Assembly (NCBI GenBank): GCA_021796275.1
Contig: JAJYOI010000004.1
Coordinates: 1,058 to 65,057, forward strand
Length of the DNA stretch: 64,000 nucleotides
Reading direction: 5' to 3'
Source of the DNA: Bacteroidota bacterium
GTDB taxonomy: Bacteria > Bacteroidota > Ignavibacteria > UBA10030 > UBA8401
Below are positions 15,501 through 24,215 of the stretch, in pieces. How positions within the stretch are numbered: position 1 is the first letter of the stretch; every line of letters begins with the position of its first letter. The translations under genes were made by a program, and so were the position numbers. The notes under the pieces were generated by a model. That model made no database searches, was not told the DNA's origin, and saw only the letters and a list, made by a program, of their open reading frames with translations.

Positions 15501-15668
15501 AATCACCTTCGCCGTTCGTTCTTCGCCGTTGTGATAGTTTACATAAAAATGCGGCGTTTCAATTGTGTACCACTGCAATTCAGGATGAGTGAAATCTTCA
15601 TCTTGCGCCCGCACAGAAACTGCAAGAACAAGAATTGAAATGAAAATGTGGAATAAGGTAATTCGCAT
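12567..15668 (-). CDS. MA-clan zinc peptidase - TolB-like beta-propeller - Omp85/surface-antigen beta-barrel fusion protein
   Basis: Signal peptide. HEFTH lies at 15282-15296, with WFAEGVAQY downstream. TolB-type repeats follow (SPDGKKIAYAS, SPDGKKIYYA, SPDGKEIAYA, SPDGLSIVF, SPDGRKILFVSDRTG). The C-terminal Omp85 signature is FYAGGLAGMKGYPFYAIGGNEIATANLTYRFPL, and the protein ends in an aromatic-rich strand. Confidence 0.8.
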   Translation of the reverse strand: MRITLFHIFISILVLAVSVRAQDEDFTHPELQWYTIETPHFYVNYHNGEERTAKVIAKVAEDIYGPVTSLYRHEPDQKVSIVVKDYDDYSNGGAYFYDNKIEIWAPALDFDLRGTHDWLRNVVTHEFTHIVQIQTSMKFGRRVPGIYFQWLGYEAERRQDVLYGYPNVIVSYPISGFLVPSWFAEGVAQYNRPELGYDSWDSHRDMILRMYALNNNMLTWDEMSVFGKTSLGNESSYNAGFALVKYISETYGEDALRRIAKNLSRLTEISIGDAIERAVGKSGREVYNEWKEHITAQYKQRTEPILQHKVEGNEIAAVGFGNFYPAFSPDGKKIAYASNKKEDYFGLSSVYVYDIGTKTEKEIIDKVHSSLSWSPDGKKIYYAKITRDNPYWSGYSDVYVCDVATGEEKRLTHAARAINPSVSPDGKEIAYATEADGTMNICVVDADGNNVRRLTHFTEGEQVFTPKWSPDGLSIVFGYATRDAQDVARVSVADGKFEDLIPGSDDSRNPVYSPDGRKILFVSDRTGIFNVYSYDVAAKAIQQVTNVVGGAFMPTVNQEGDVAYASYTSTGFKIALLKNAGPQGFAGDEYLPPKSSPLASLSDTAVENQFDWNKLRAFDDTKLPDDSSRSYRNIFSSLSVIPLIRIDNYNTKNKGLDDIKLGGYFLSSDMLDKYSIFGGAAINRELERDIFFQFEYRDRILGLWQLGWAPTVSFEVYNITRRGPDASFNLGLDHYQGIETSLGLLEFDLFFKQHLFSGADELTAGATFSRYSSGFGAFVVQHSTNLSPATNELYFTGTEFSLQYQFEAIHPSRDADINPVGLKFNLKLDMEYNKYTLTDSLGNTVYKPSEYSGVALDLVPYDFPRLEMKYTEHLQLPGWKHTLSLSLRGGTIFGPGVPDFFDFYAGGLAGMKGYPFYAIGGNEIATANLTYRFPLWENIDARFLQLYFDKLYASVHYDFGDAWTGNPVIRDFKKDAGFELRLESYSFYAYPTRIFFNGTYGFDSFTFVNSYANARYGKEWRFYFGVLFGFDID

Positions 15669-15687
15669 GAAGAGGAGAAGGCTCGCT

Positions 15688-18600
15688 TTATTTCACCACG
15701 GCAATTTTAATGATCACGTTTTTTTCTTCGCCGCCGGATGCCGCTTTAATCTGTGCGAAGTACACACCGCTCTGCACTTTCGAGACATTCCACTGAACTT
15801 CATTGTCGAGGTTCGCCATTCCGGGACCGGAAAATTCATCAACAAGTTCTCCTGCCATATTGAAAATCTTTATCGAAACTGTCGCAGGTTTGCTCAGGTA
15901 ATAGCGGATGTTCGTCGTTTTATCGTACACCGGATTGGGCCAATTGTAGGCGAACGATGCCGGCAAAAGTTCCGACGATTTAAACGCGATGGCACCGGTT
16001 TGAAGCATAGCGTTGGAATGATATTCATCGGCATACAATCCGTTCCAGAGAATTTTTGTGGAATCAAAAACACCGTTCACATTCCAGACATACAACGATG
16101 AATCGGTTGAAACTGCCGCCAGCTCGCTGCCGTTCAGCACAAGTGACGAAACAATGCCGCTTGTTTGGATGGGAAATCCGGCAAGCACTTTTCCGTTACT
16201 GTCAAATCCGTAAACCTGTCCATTCGAACTCCCGAAAAAAATCCCGACGGAGCCGGAAGGAGTTTTTGCAATCACCGGCGAACCGACCACTGAACCGCCG
16301 TCGAGAGTTTTCAACGGAAAGTGCTCGATCTGTACGCCATTCTTGTTGAACGCGAACAATCCTTGATCGGTACCGACAAGAATATCAAGCTGACCGTCGC
16401 CGTTCACATCGGCAAGCGCAAGTGAGCCGGTGACGTTGGCGTTGACCGAAAATGACTGCAAATCATTTTCCAAAGACGTCGAGGTTGTGTGCATAAGAAC
16501 TGATGGAGGACAAAGCGTGACAGTATTATCATTTGTTACTACAACAAGATACGATGAAGCAACGCCGTTGTTATCAAATTGCCCAAACGATGCAGCAAGA
16601 ATTTTTCTTCCTGCAAAGCTCCACACTTTTTGCCAACTCGAAACAACTGTGTCCGAAGTATAGGCAAACCACGATGAGTCTGAGTACAACGCTACGCCGA
16701 TCACCAGCGATGAAGCGATCTGTTTGGATGAAGCTGTCTGACTTAGAAGCGAAAAGATTTGAAACGTTCCATCCGCTCCACCGACAAACAACGGCGAGCT
16801 AGAAAAGTTTCTTGAAAATACCGGCGAAGTCAGTAAAGTCGGGACGAGAATGGAATTCATAATTTCTGAACTAAAAGAATTTCCTGTCGTTTTTAATCGG
16901 AAAACATACAGCGTGCTGTCATGCACCGCAACAATGCGATTTGTATCTGCAATGCTTGCAATCGCAGGCTGCAGCGTGCCGCCAAACGGCGAAACCAAGG
17001 AAGCAACACCATTCTTCAAAACAAAAATTGAATCGCCGGATGTATAAACAATTTCTTTTGAACCGTCTGCATCAACATCGGCAAACACTGGCGTATCATG
17101 TTGATTGCCTTTGATGCTGCCAAGCTTGATGATATTTTCCAGCGACACCGCTGCACTGCCGATCTTTGCTTGAAATGTCATCACCGGCGCCGCGCCGCTG
17201 AAATGATTCAGCGTAACGAACGAATGCGCGAATGAATTGCTGAGCGAATTTGGGTGAGAAGTTTCTGAAAATTCATTTTGATAGACAGGCGAATCGTTTC
17301 CGTCATACCAAAAATCGAGCGGAGTGCCGTTTTCACTTCCGCTGCCGGGATCTATCAGTCCGTACGATTGACCGATATCCTGCGAACCGTCCGCTTCTTC
17401 CAGATACACGCCGCGATGTTCCGGATCGGCATTGATGGAATTCGTCGCGAGGTTATTGTCAATGATGGTTTCATCAATGTGCCAAATCAATATTCCGCCG
17501 GTATAATCCACGGCACCGGGCAAGCTCCAATCTAAGTCGTCAACGTTCACCACCGTTCCGTAAATTGAATCGACATTTGATGCATTGAAATCGGGATCAT
17601 CCTGCGCATACTTCTTTGTGAATTGTTCACCATTCCAGCGAATCGTCAATGTTTGTCCGTCGTTGTTCACATCGCGATTGCGGTTCTCTACAAGAAAATA
17701 TTCTTTGGCGCTGATGGGAATTTTATAGATCGTGTCATTGCCTGCGCTCGTCAAACTAACTGCCGGAATGCGAAGAGAAGAATTTCCCGACGGCACTGTA
17801 ATCGGCGTTGTCCATCCAAGATAAATTTTTTCCCATGCTGATGGTTCCGGCGGGAACAATCCTGAAAAACTAAAAATGGATTGGCCGTCCATCAAACCGA
17901 AACGACCGATAGCTGTTCCGCCGGTTTTTGTATCGAATAAATCCGGCAAGCCCAGATGACTTGCGATATTTGCGACAAGCAATCCGTTGATGCTCAATTG
18001 GAAAAGCACATCGCCGCCGATTCCCGGAATGAAACGATTTTCCGTTTCGGGAAGAATAGCGCTGTTTGTGATTGTGAATGCCGGATGGTTTGGCAGTGTA
18101 ATTCCGCTGAACGACGAGCCGAACACCTGACGGAAACCGTTCAGATCAAAATAGAGCGACGGTAAGTCGTACGGTGTCGGATCGTAGCCGAGCGAGCCGC
18201 GCAGATCAACATCTTTTCCTGAGCCTGCATGAAAGACAATAAAGAGATCGTAATTTTGAAACGGGAATGAGGGATACAGGGAATCTGCCATGCGCCACGC
18301 ATCAGCGGCGAGATTTGCGAGAGGAAGATTTGTTGTGCCTTCCGGACTGTAATGCCGCATTTGGTACGGAAGAGTCAGCACGCCGCCGAGCACTGTTGCC
18401 GCAACATTCTGTTTCCCATTCGACGCTTTCCGGAAATAGTTTTGCGCAAAAAGAAGATGATCGGCGAAATATGCAGAGTCGCGCGGCGGTGCATCGAGAA
18501 TGCGCTGCGCTGTATTCGAAAGATCGAATTGACCGTTCCCCGACGTCAAATCGGTCGAGTCCTCCTCGAACTGCACCATTACCGCCAGGATTTTTACCGT

Positions 18601-18744
18601 GTCCGGAAATGTTTGCTGAACAGCGGGAATCCGCACCGAGGAAAACGAATCGCCCTTTGCACGCAGAGGATGAGATAAATTCTGACCGGCATACGTGAGA
18701 GAAAACGCGACAAGCACCGCAGCACTCAAAACAATTTTCGTCAT
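15688..18744 (-). CDS. M6 (immune inhibitor A)-like domain protein with a degenerate active site, FG-GAP repeats and a T9SS CTD
   Basis: Signal peptide. M6-family context is KILAVMVQFEED...VFHAGSGKD...LVANIASHLGLPDLFD...FGLMDG...PSAWEKIYLGWT. NIASH sits where M6 proteases have HExxH. FG-GAP motifs are DVDADGSKEIV and DVNGDGQLDILVG. The CTD reads NWPNPVYDKTTNIRYYL...SGVYFAQI...KIAVVK. Confidence 0.8.
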   Translation of the reverse strand: MTKIVLSAAVLVAFSLTYAGQNLSHPLRAKGDSFSSVRIPAVQQTFPDTVKILAVMVQFEEDSTDLTSGNGQFDLSNTAQRILDAPPRDSAYFADHLLFAQNYFRKASNGKQNVAATVLGGVLTLPYQMRHYSPEGTTNLPLANLAADAWRMADSLYPSFPFQNYDLFIVFHAGSGKDVDLRGSLGYDPTPYDLPSLYFDLNGFRQVFGSSFSGITLPNHPAFTITNSAILPETENRFIPGIGGDVLFQLSINGLLVANIASHLGLPDLFDTKTGGTAIGRFGLMDGQSIFSFSGLFPPEPSAWEKIYLGWTTPITVPSGNSSLRIPAVSLTSAGNDTIYKIPISAKEYFLVENRNRDVNNDGQTLTIRWNGEQFTKKYAQDDPDFNASNVDSIYGTVVNVDDLDWSLPGAVDYTGGILIWHIDETIIDNNLATNSINADPEHRGVYLEEADGSQDIGQSYGLIDPGSGSENGTPLDFWYDGNDSPVYQNEFSETSHPNSLSNSFAHSFVTLNHFSGAAPVMTFQAKIGSAAVSLENIIKLGSIKGNQHDTPVFADVDADGSKEIVYTSGDSIFVLKNGVASLVSPFGGTLQPAIASIADTNRIVAVHDSTLYVFRLKTTGNSFSSEIMNSILVPTLLTSPVFSRNFSSSPLFVGGADGTFQIFSLLSQTASSKQIASSLVIGVALYSDSSWFAYTSDTVVSSWQKVWSFAGRKILAASFGQFDNNGVASSYLVVVTNDNTVTLCPPSVLMHTTSTSLENDLQSFSVNANVTGSLALADVNGDGQLDILVGTDQGLFAFNKNGVQIEHFPLKTLDGGSVVGSPVIAKTPSGSVGIFFGSSNGQVYGFDSNGKVLAGFPIQTSGIVSSLVLNGSELAAVSTDSSLYVWNVNGVFDSTKILWNGLYADEYHSNAMLQTGAIAFKSSELLPASFAYNWPNPVYDKTTNIRYYLSKPATVSIKIFNMAGELVDEFSGPGMANLDNEVQWNVSKVQSGVYFAQIKAASGGEEKNVIIKIAVVK

Positions 18745-18845
18745 ACCAGAGTCCGGTTAATGAAAAACAATCCCAAAAGGATTTTCAGTCAGGGCGAAAA
18801 CGCATCACACCTACCTGCCGGTAGGCAGGGATTCGGATGACGAAT

Positions 18846-20006
18846 TTAATTTAAGCCGCCCCACAAAATGAGAAGCGTAAACCGCAGCGTATCAGACAGC
18901 GGGCTGTTCTGATCCGACGACGTATAGACGTAGCTGAAATCGAAACCGTAGATATCGTACCGAATGCCGGCGCCGAACGTCATAAATTTTCTTCCGCCGA
19001 AACTCGGGTCTTCATAAAAATATCCCATACGAAGCGCGATGAGTTTCGGATTGCCGTACCAATACTCCATTCCGGCAGACGATATGATTGAACGCAATTC
19101 GTTATTCAGCGACATGTTTGTCCACGACGTAAAGATTGCTTTGTAGAATGGATCGGTGTACGAGACTTCATCGTCAGTTGTAATTTTGCCGTCGCCGTTC
19201 AAATCTTTTCCGCGGCGCACCATGAGCTTGCTGAAATCAAGAGCGAACTTCAGGCTGTTATAATCATCCTGATACGGAGTAATTCCGAAACCAAGCCGCA
19301 AATTCGTCGGCAACGGATCTGCCTGTGCAGCATCCACATACGTTACCTTTGGCCCCATGTTGGACAAATTCATCCCAACGCTGAGCGCATTGCCAAGATC
19401 AACATCGGTAAACGGAATCAAAAGCGTCTTCGGTTTATACAGGAATCCGAGATCGAAGCTCACATCGTACGCAATACCATCGCCTTTTTCTTGCGCGGTG
19501 CCAATCGGCGACAAGCGGCTGTTGATAAAACGAAGGTTCATGCCCAATCCGAAATTATCCGCAACGAGTGTTCCGTACCCGAGCGTTGCCGCGTACTCGA
19601 ACGCTTTAAACCTTCCGATTTCTTCAGGACCTTTATCGCTCGTTTGAATGAACTCACCGAGATTCAAATAGGTCACACTTGCCGCAATGCTTCCGCCCCA
19701 CTCCGGCACATCCTGACGATAATTCAGATAGTCATAAAAAAGGTCGGACAAGTGAAATTGCGGCAGCCAATTCGCGTGCGAAATGCTGACTTCGCTTCCT
19801 TTTAAGAATGCCAACCCGCCGGGATTCCAGAAAATTGCAGCGGCGTCATCGGCGATTCCCGTTCCTGATTCTCCCATTCCGCTTGCTCGGGAATTTGGAG
19901 AGATAAGGAGAAACGGAACGGCAGTTGTTATTGTGCCCTGCGCAAACAATTCCCCGGGCATGGCGCACAACAACAGCACCGCAAGAAAACTTCCAAACTT
20001 CTTCAT
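18846..20006 (-). CDS. porV: type IX secretion system outer-membrane channel protein PorV (LptO)
   Basis: Signal peptide MKKFGSFLAVLLLCAMPGELFAQ. The PorV-family N-terminal signature is AVPFLLISPNSRASGMGESGTGIADDAAAIFWNPGGLAFL. It lies directly downstream of porU. The track ORF extends to 20114 and would overlap porU. Confidence 0.85.
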   Translation of the reverse strand: MKKFGSFLAVLLLCAMPGELFAQGTITTAVPFLLISPNSRASGMGESGTGIADDAAAIFWNPGGLAFLKGSEVSISHANWLPQFHLSDLFYDYLNYRQDVPEWGGSIAASVTYLNLGEFIQTSDKGPEEIGRFKAFEYAATLGYGTLVADNFGLGMNLRFINSRLSPIGTAQEKGDGIAYDVSFDLGFLYKPKTLLIPFTDVDLGNALSVGMNLSNMGPKVTYVDAAQADPLPTNLRLGFGITPYQDDYNSLKFALDFSKLMVRRGKDLNGDGKITTDDEVSYTDPFYKAIFTSWTNMSLNNELRSIISSAGMEYWYGNPKLIALRMGYFYEDPSFGGRKFMTFGAGIRYDIYGFDFSYVYTSSDQNSPLSDTLRFTLLILWGGLN

Positions 20007-20079
20007 ACACATCATTCCTTTACAAATATAATATAATGTAGCATTTTTGATTCTTTTGGTCAATGACGGCAACAGCTTC

Positions 20080-23000
20080 TCAACGAACAATTGCAAGTTT
20101 GCCCAGCGCTTCACTGGTTAAGCGGCCATCTATTGTACTAGCCATAACTTTGTAGAGATAAATTCCGTTCCCGAGCATATCTCCGTCGCGGTCGCGGCAG
20201 TCCCACGGAATTTCAACAAATCGGTCATCAATAGCATAGCGATCAATCGATTGTACGAGGCGCCCCGCAATTGTGTAAATCTTAATATGGACATCTATCG
20301 GCGTCAGTTGGTTCTGCTGAAACGTAAATGTTGTCGTTGAAGCAGAAACCGGATTAGGAATATTGTACACATTCTCGATAGAAAGCGTTGTGCTGGCGGC
20401 AACATTGAAATCAACGCTTGCGTCGGATGAATTGTTGTACACATCCCATGCTTTTATACGAAGTGTGTGCCGCCCCGGTGCAAGTCCCGATAACTGATAT
20501 TGAACCACACCTTCCTGATAACTATCTTTTTTTCCTGTATAGAAATCGCTGAGGTCAATACCCTTCGAGCTGTCATCCACCCACGCTTCGAGCCGATGGC
20601 CGATACCGCTGGTGGACGCATTGATGCCGCTGCTGTCGCGAAGGTCAACATAGAGCACCGGATTCTCGTTGACAAGATCGCCTGAATGGAATGAATCATT
20701 GTCCAAATAAATTTGAATCGATGGACCTTGCGTATCGGCAATTGTATCGTTGCTTGTCCCTCCGACGACAACATTTTCCGTATAACCGCGCCCGTCACTG
20801 TTCGGCGTTGAAAAATAGACAGAAAGTCTGCCGCTTTTGTTTTCGTATGAAATATCTTTTGGAATGATAAACGTCGCAGAAAGCTGTCCGTTTTTTACCG
20901 TATCCTCTCCTTTGTAAATAATGCCTCCTGCTTCTTCAAAACTGAAGACGTTGCCGTATTCATCAACAATCCGTCTGTTGCGCTGCGAGTCGAAAACGGT
21001 AACCAACGCCGTCCCATTGATTCCGGTTTGTACAGCTCCATTGCCATCGCGCACCGCACCTTTAATTGTGACTTTCTCAAGTGCGTTCAAAGTATCAGGC
21101 TGGGATTGTGAAATTGCCGCACCATTAATCGAATCTATGCTCATCGCTAACCGCGGGATTGTAAGCCGCAGTGTCGGATCGCCAAGTAAGTGATATTTTT
21201 GTTTATTCTGTACAGTACTTCCAACAACAGTGTTCTTGGCAAGCATCAACGCGTCTCCAAGCCGCGGCGAGCGCGCAAAGGGGTCTTCGGGGAAAAGATA
21301 AATATAGAACTCATTATTGAGCGCCGCATTATCGAAAGCATAGACGAGACGGTCAGCGCTCATAACACCAATTGCACCGCCGTTCGGATTTGTAATAATA
21401 TCTTCAGCTGAACTTTGCGCCCCGGCGTCGTCAAATCTTCCCCAGTCGCAGGTCGCCGCGCACACAAACGTCAATCTCTCAGCGTTAAAAAATTGTGAAT
21501 TCACATCGCTTTGTTCTAGGATGGCTTCGTGCGCCCACACTGTGGGATTGCCATGTCCGGTGAAATTCAGGATGAGTGTTCCCCGATTCACCTGATCAAG
21601 AATTGCTTGCCGCACCGCCGGTTTGCGATGGCCCGACGCCGAAATCACAGTCGGGTAATCAACTTCATAGATTTTTTTTACATCAAAAGTTTTAGGAGTG
21701 ATGTTTGCAAGGTCTTCCGCCTGATCGGTAAACGTCGTCCCATCATTTTGTTCAGGAGTATAGGCATCATCGGCAACAATAGTGACAGTATTTTTCCATG
21801 CATCAAGCGGCGGCTTCGTTTCGTACTGCTTTATCTTATCAATAACCAATTGCGCTTCCTCAGGCGTTCGCACCGCTAAGCGCCCGTTTGCAAGGGAAAC
21901 AGTTGTGCTGTTCTGCGGGTCAAGGGCGCAAAAATAATCATCATATCCAAATGTGTTGCCTTGATCGCGTGTCATAGGAGTTTCGTACGTCGGCACCCAA
22001 TTTTTATCAAGTCCCAAAATGTTTTTGTAATCGAAACAGGCATCACCAAAAAATAAAACATATTTCGGCGGCACCTGCCATTGCGTGGTGGCATATTTCA
22101 GAAAATCACGAATCGCCGTCGGGTCGGGCATGCCGCCGCCAAATTCATTATAAAGTGTATCCACTTCTACCACAATCGTACGCAGAGCATCACCGCCCGG
22201 AAGATTTTCTTTGTAATCCCTTAGTTGCTGCGCTTGCTGCAAAAAATCGCGATGAGTAATAATGACAAAATCGGCACCGGGCGTAGTTCCGCGTACGTTC
22301 GTATTCGGAATCGCTGTGAACGATGCGGGATATTTGTATGCCGCCAATGTTCCCGCCCAATATTTCTTAATCAAACCGGGGGAAAGCGTGTCTTTGAACA
22401 AAATTCTTCCCATCTCTTGTACTTGCGTTACTGCCATCTCGCGCACGTTAAATGCGTCCGTCACATCAAATACGCGGACGCTGCTGCTCGAATAACCTGA
22501 CAAATTATATTCTACCGCTCCACTCGTATCCGGAGATGTAAACAGAAGCTCATCGTTCACAGGAACAAGCTGTTGCGTATAAAAAATTTCAATCCAATTG
22601 ATCCACCCGATCGCCACCTTGCTGTCGGCTTGGTACGTGAGTTTCAGGTTGCTTCGCTGGTCGGAAAGACTGGGAACGACCGTCAACTGACCCGCGTTTG
22701 AATTTTCGTAATAGGCAGCCGGGTAATTCAATTGATCATCTGACATTGCGGAAATTGGAATCTCCGTCAATTCCTTGTCCGATTCTGACATAATAAAAGA
22801 CGAATAAACATTAGCACGGGCGAGAAGTTCATATTTGTACGTTACCGGCGTACCCGAAATATAACCGTTCAACTTATTGCTAATCACGCGGCTGTCGCCC
22901 GGATTGAACGGCGAGCTGTACCATTCCAAACCCGAATGTGCGACATTGGTTTTTTCTTCATCGAAAAATACCTTCCCCACAGAGGTTGCAACATCGCCGC

Positions 23001-24144
23001 CAACGGAAGCATTGACTGAAACAGTTTGCATTCTCGTCTGCAATCCACCCGGAAGATATTGAATGAAACAATAATTGGAATTCGTGTACGGATTGAGATA
23101 GTGAGAAAATGTTTTTTGTGAAGGCGAATAATTCCAGCCCGTCACGCCTGGTGCATAAAAAAGAATATAATCGTCCGCGTCAAAATTTCCATTGCTATTG
23201 TTGTCAACAATGGATACGGGGAATTGTGTCAAATCTGCCGGGCGCGGGTCGTTCAAATTCGGAGGAAGAACCCGCCCGTTGTTTCCAAAAATCTTAATGC
23301 TGGAAAACGGCCCGCCTAATGCAGCGTCCATTCCGATTGTGTGCAAGTACGATCCATCTATTTTGTACATTCCATCGGATTGAATTTCCAATTTCACCCA
23401 TTTACCGGAAGAAAGCACGCTGTTTGCCTGAGCAACTTTGGCAAGCGGCGCGCGGGATATTGAAAATCTTTCTACGACGGAGTTATTTAATAGAGCACGT
23501 TTCGCCCAATCCACATGTGCAGCACTTGCTGCAGTTGCCTCCGGCGTACCGTAATCCACATGAAAAACGATGCGCGTATATTTTTTAGCGATCTGAGTTG
23601 TCTGTTGATACTGTACAGGACATAGAACGATCGTGCCGATAAAAATTCCATCAACCAGTCCGACGTTTGCAATCGAAACAATGTCTTTCGGGAAAAACTG
23701 CGCTGCATCTTCCATCTGGTTCGGGGTGTTCTTCTTTTCTTCCTTGTTCGGACGAAGCGCTGGAATTGTTCCCAGCGAAACTCCGCTCATCGTCTCGTAA
23801 TCGGATTGGATGATTGAAATCCGGTTGCCCTTCCTTCCCGGCAATCCGATGAGCAATGAACGGTACTGTACATTCGGCTTACCGGCAAATCCATAATCGA
23901 ACAACATTCCGCGTTCGAATTGCACAAGATCGTATTCTCTTCCACCGGCACTAACTTTTTTCAGCGGAAGATACTGCGGAATAAATTCTACAGTAATTCC
24001 ACGCTCGGATGAATCAAGAACGCGAATGTCTGATGATTGCGGCCCGATATTCTGTTCAGGCTGTGCGGAAGCCGTTCCCAGCCACACAACAAAGAAAAAC
24101 AGGAGAAAAAGAATAGGACCGCCAGAAGTTCGACAAACACACAT
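20080..24144 (-). CDS. porU: type IX secretion system sortase PorU (C25 gingipain-like peptidase)
   Basis: 1354 aa with a signal peptide. C25-like core elements are FVIITHRDF...YVLFFGDACFDYKN...LNFTGHGNPTVWAHE...FVCAATCDWGRFDD. A CTD-like end reads NIPNPVSASTTTFTF...GIYLYKV. The porU-porV synteny is present. Confidence 0.85.
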   Translation of the reverse strand: MCVCRTSGGPILFLLFFFVVWLGTASAQPEQNIGPQSSDIRVLDSSERGITVEFIPQYLPLKKVSAGGREYDLVQFERGMLFDYGFAGKPNVQYRSLLIGLPGRKGNRISIIQSDYETMSGVSLGTIPALRPNKEEKKNTPNQMEDAAQFFPKDIVSIANVGLVDGIFIGTIVLCPVQYQQTTQIAKKYTRIVFHVDYGTPEATAASAAHVDWAKRALLNNSVVERFSISRAPLAKVAQANSVLSSGKWVKLEIQSDGMYKIDGSYLHTIGMDAALGGPFSSIKIFGNNGRVLPPNLNDPRPADLTQFPVSIVDNNSNGNFDADDYILFYAPGVTGWNYSPSQKTFSHYLNPYTNSNYCFIQYLPGGLQTRMQTVSVNASVGGDVATSVGKVFFDEEKTNVAHSGLEWYSSPFNPGDSRVISNKLNGYISGTPVTYKYELLARANVYSSFIMSESDKELTEIPISAMSDDQLNYPAAYYENSNAGQLTVVPSLSDQRSNLKLTYQADSKVAIGWINWIEIFYTQQLVPVNDELLFTSPDTSGAVEYNLSGYSSSSVRVFDVTDAFNVREMAVTQVQEMGRILFKDTLSPGLIKKYWAGTLAAYKYPASFTAIPNTNVRGTTPGADFVIITHRDFLQQAQQLRDYKENLPGGDALRTIVVEVDTLYNEFGGGMPDPTAIRDFLKYATTQWQVPPKYVLFFGDACFDYKNILGLDKNWVPTYETPMTRDQGNTFGYDDYFCALDPQNSTTVSLANGRLAVRTPEEAQLVIDKIKQYETKPPLDAWKNTVTIVADDAYTPEQNDGTTFTDQAEDLANITPKTFDVKKIYEVDYPTVISASGHRKPAVRQAILDQVNRGTLILNFTGHGNPTVWAHEAILEQSDVNSQFFNAERLTFVCAATCDWGRFDDAGAQSSAEDIITNPNGGAIGVMSADRLVYAFDNAALNNEFYIYLFPEDPFARSPRLGDALMLAKNTVVGSTVQNKQKYHLLGDPTLRLTIPRLAMSIDSINGAAISQSQPDTLNALEKVTIKGAVRDGNGAVQTGINGTALVTVFDSQRNRRIVDEYGNVFSFEEAGGIIYKGEDTVKNGQLSATFIIPKDISYENKSGRLSVYFSTPNSDGRGYTENVVVGGTSNDTIADTQGPSIQIYLDNDSFHSGDLVNENPVLYVDLRDSSGINASTSGIGHRLEAWVDDSSKGIDLSDFYTGKKDSYQEGVVQYQLSGLAPGRHTLRIKAWDVYNNSSDASVDFNVAASTTLSIENVYNIPNPVSASTTTFTFQQNQLTPIDVHIKIYTIAGRLVQSIDRYAIDDRFVEIPWDCRDRDGDMLGNGIYLYKVMASTIDGRLTSEALGKLAIVR

Positions 24145-24158
24145 AGGAGCCTATGGAG

Positions 24159-24215
24159 AAAAAACAAAAAAACCGAACGTGTATGATCTCTTGCACATAC
24201 CTCAGAACGTTCGGT
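24159..24215 (-). promoter_or_regulatory. intrinsic-terminator-like hairpin plus T-run, ending 14 nt upstream of the porU ATG
   Basis: Read on the minus strand, ACCGAACGT (comp. of 24207-24215) pairs with ACGTTCGGT (comp. of 24172-24180). An inner 5-bp stem pairs 24181-24185 with 24196-24200. TTTTTTGTTTTTT follows (comp. of 24159-24171), then CTCCATAGGCTCCT and the ATG. Confidence 0.55.

Noticed and set aside
15589-16101. Long antisense ORFs inside big genes (for example 15589..16101+, 24753..25364-, 27704..28216-, 38176..38742+, 43633..44151-, 63058..63720+)
   Set aside because: Each lies entirely within a gene on the other strand that has strong family signatures. Their products are Arg/Cys-rich with no motifs, which is typical of shadow ORFs.
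18814-18829. CCTGCC-GGTA-GGCAGG hairpin after porV as a terminator
   Set aside because: It has only a 6-bp stem, no T-run on the minus strand, and competing alternative pairing. It is too weak to call.
20007-20114. N-terminal extensions offered by the track for porV (to 20114), gmhB (25889), glyA (29472), tatC (30872), the C39-like gene (36785) and the lectin gene (2418)
   Set aside because: Internal ATGs give proper signal peptides or the canonical family N-termini, and they remove overlaps with upstream genes.
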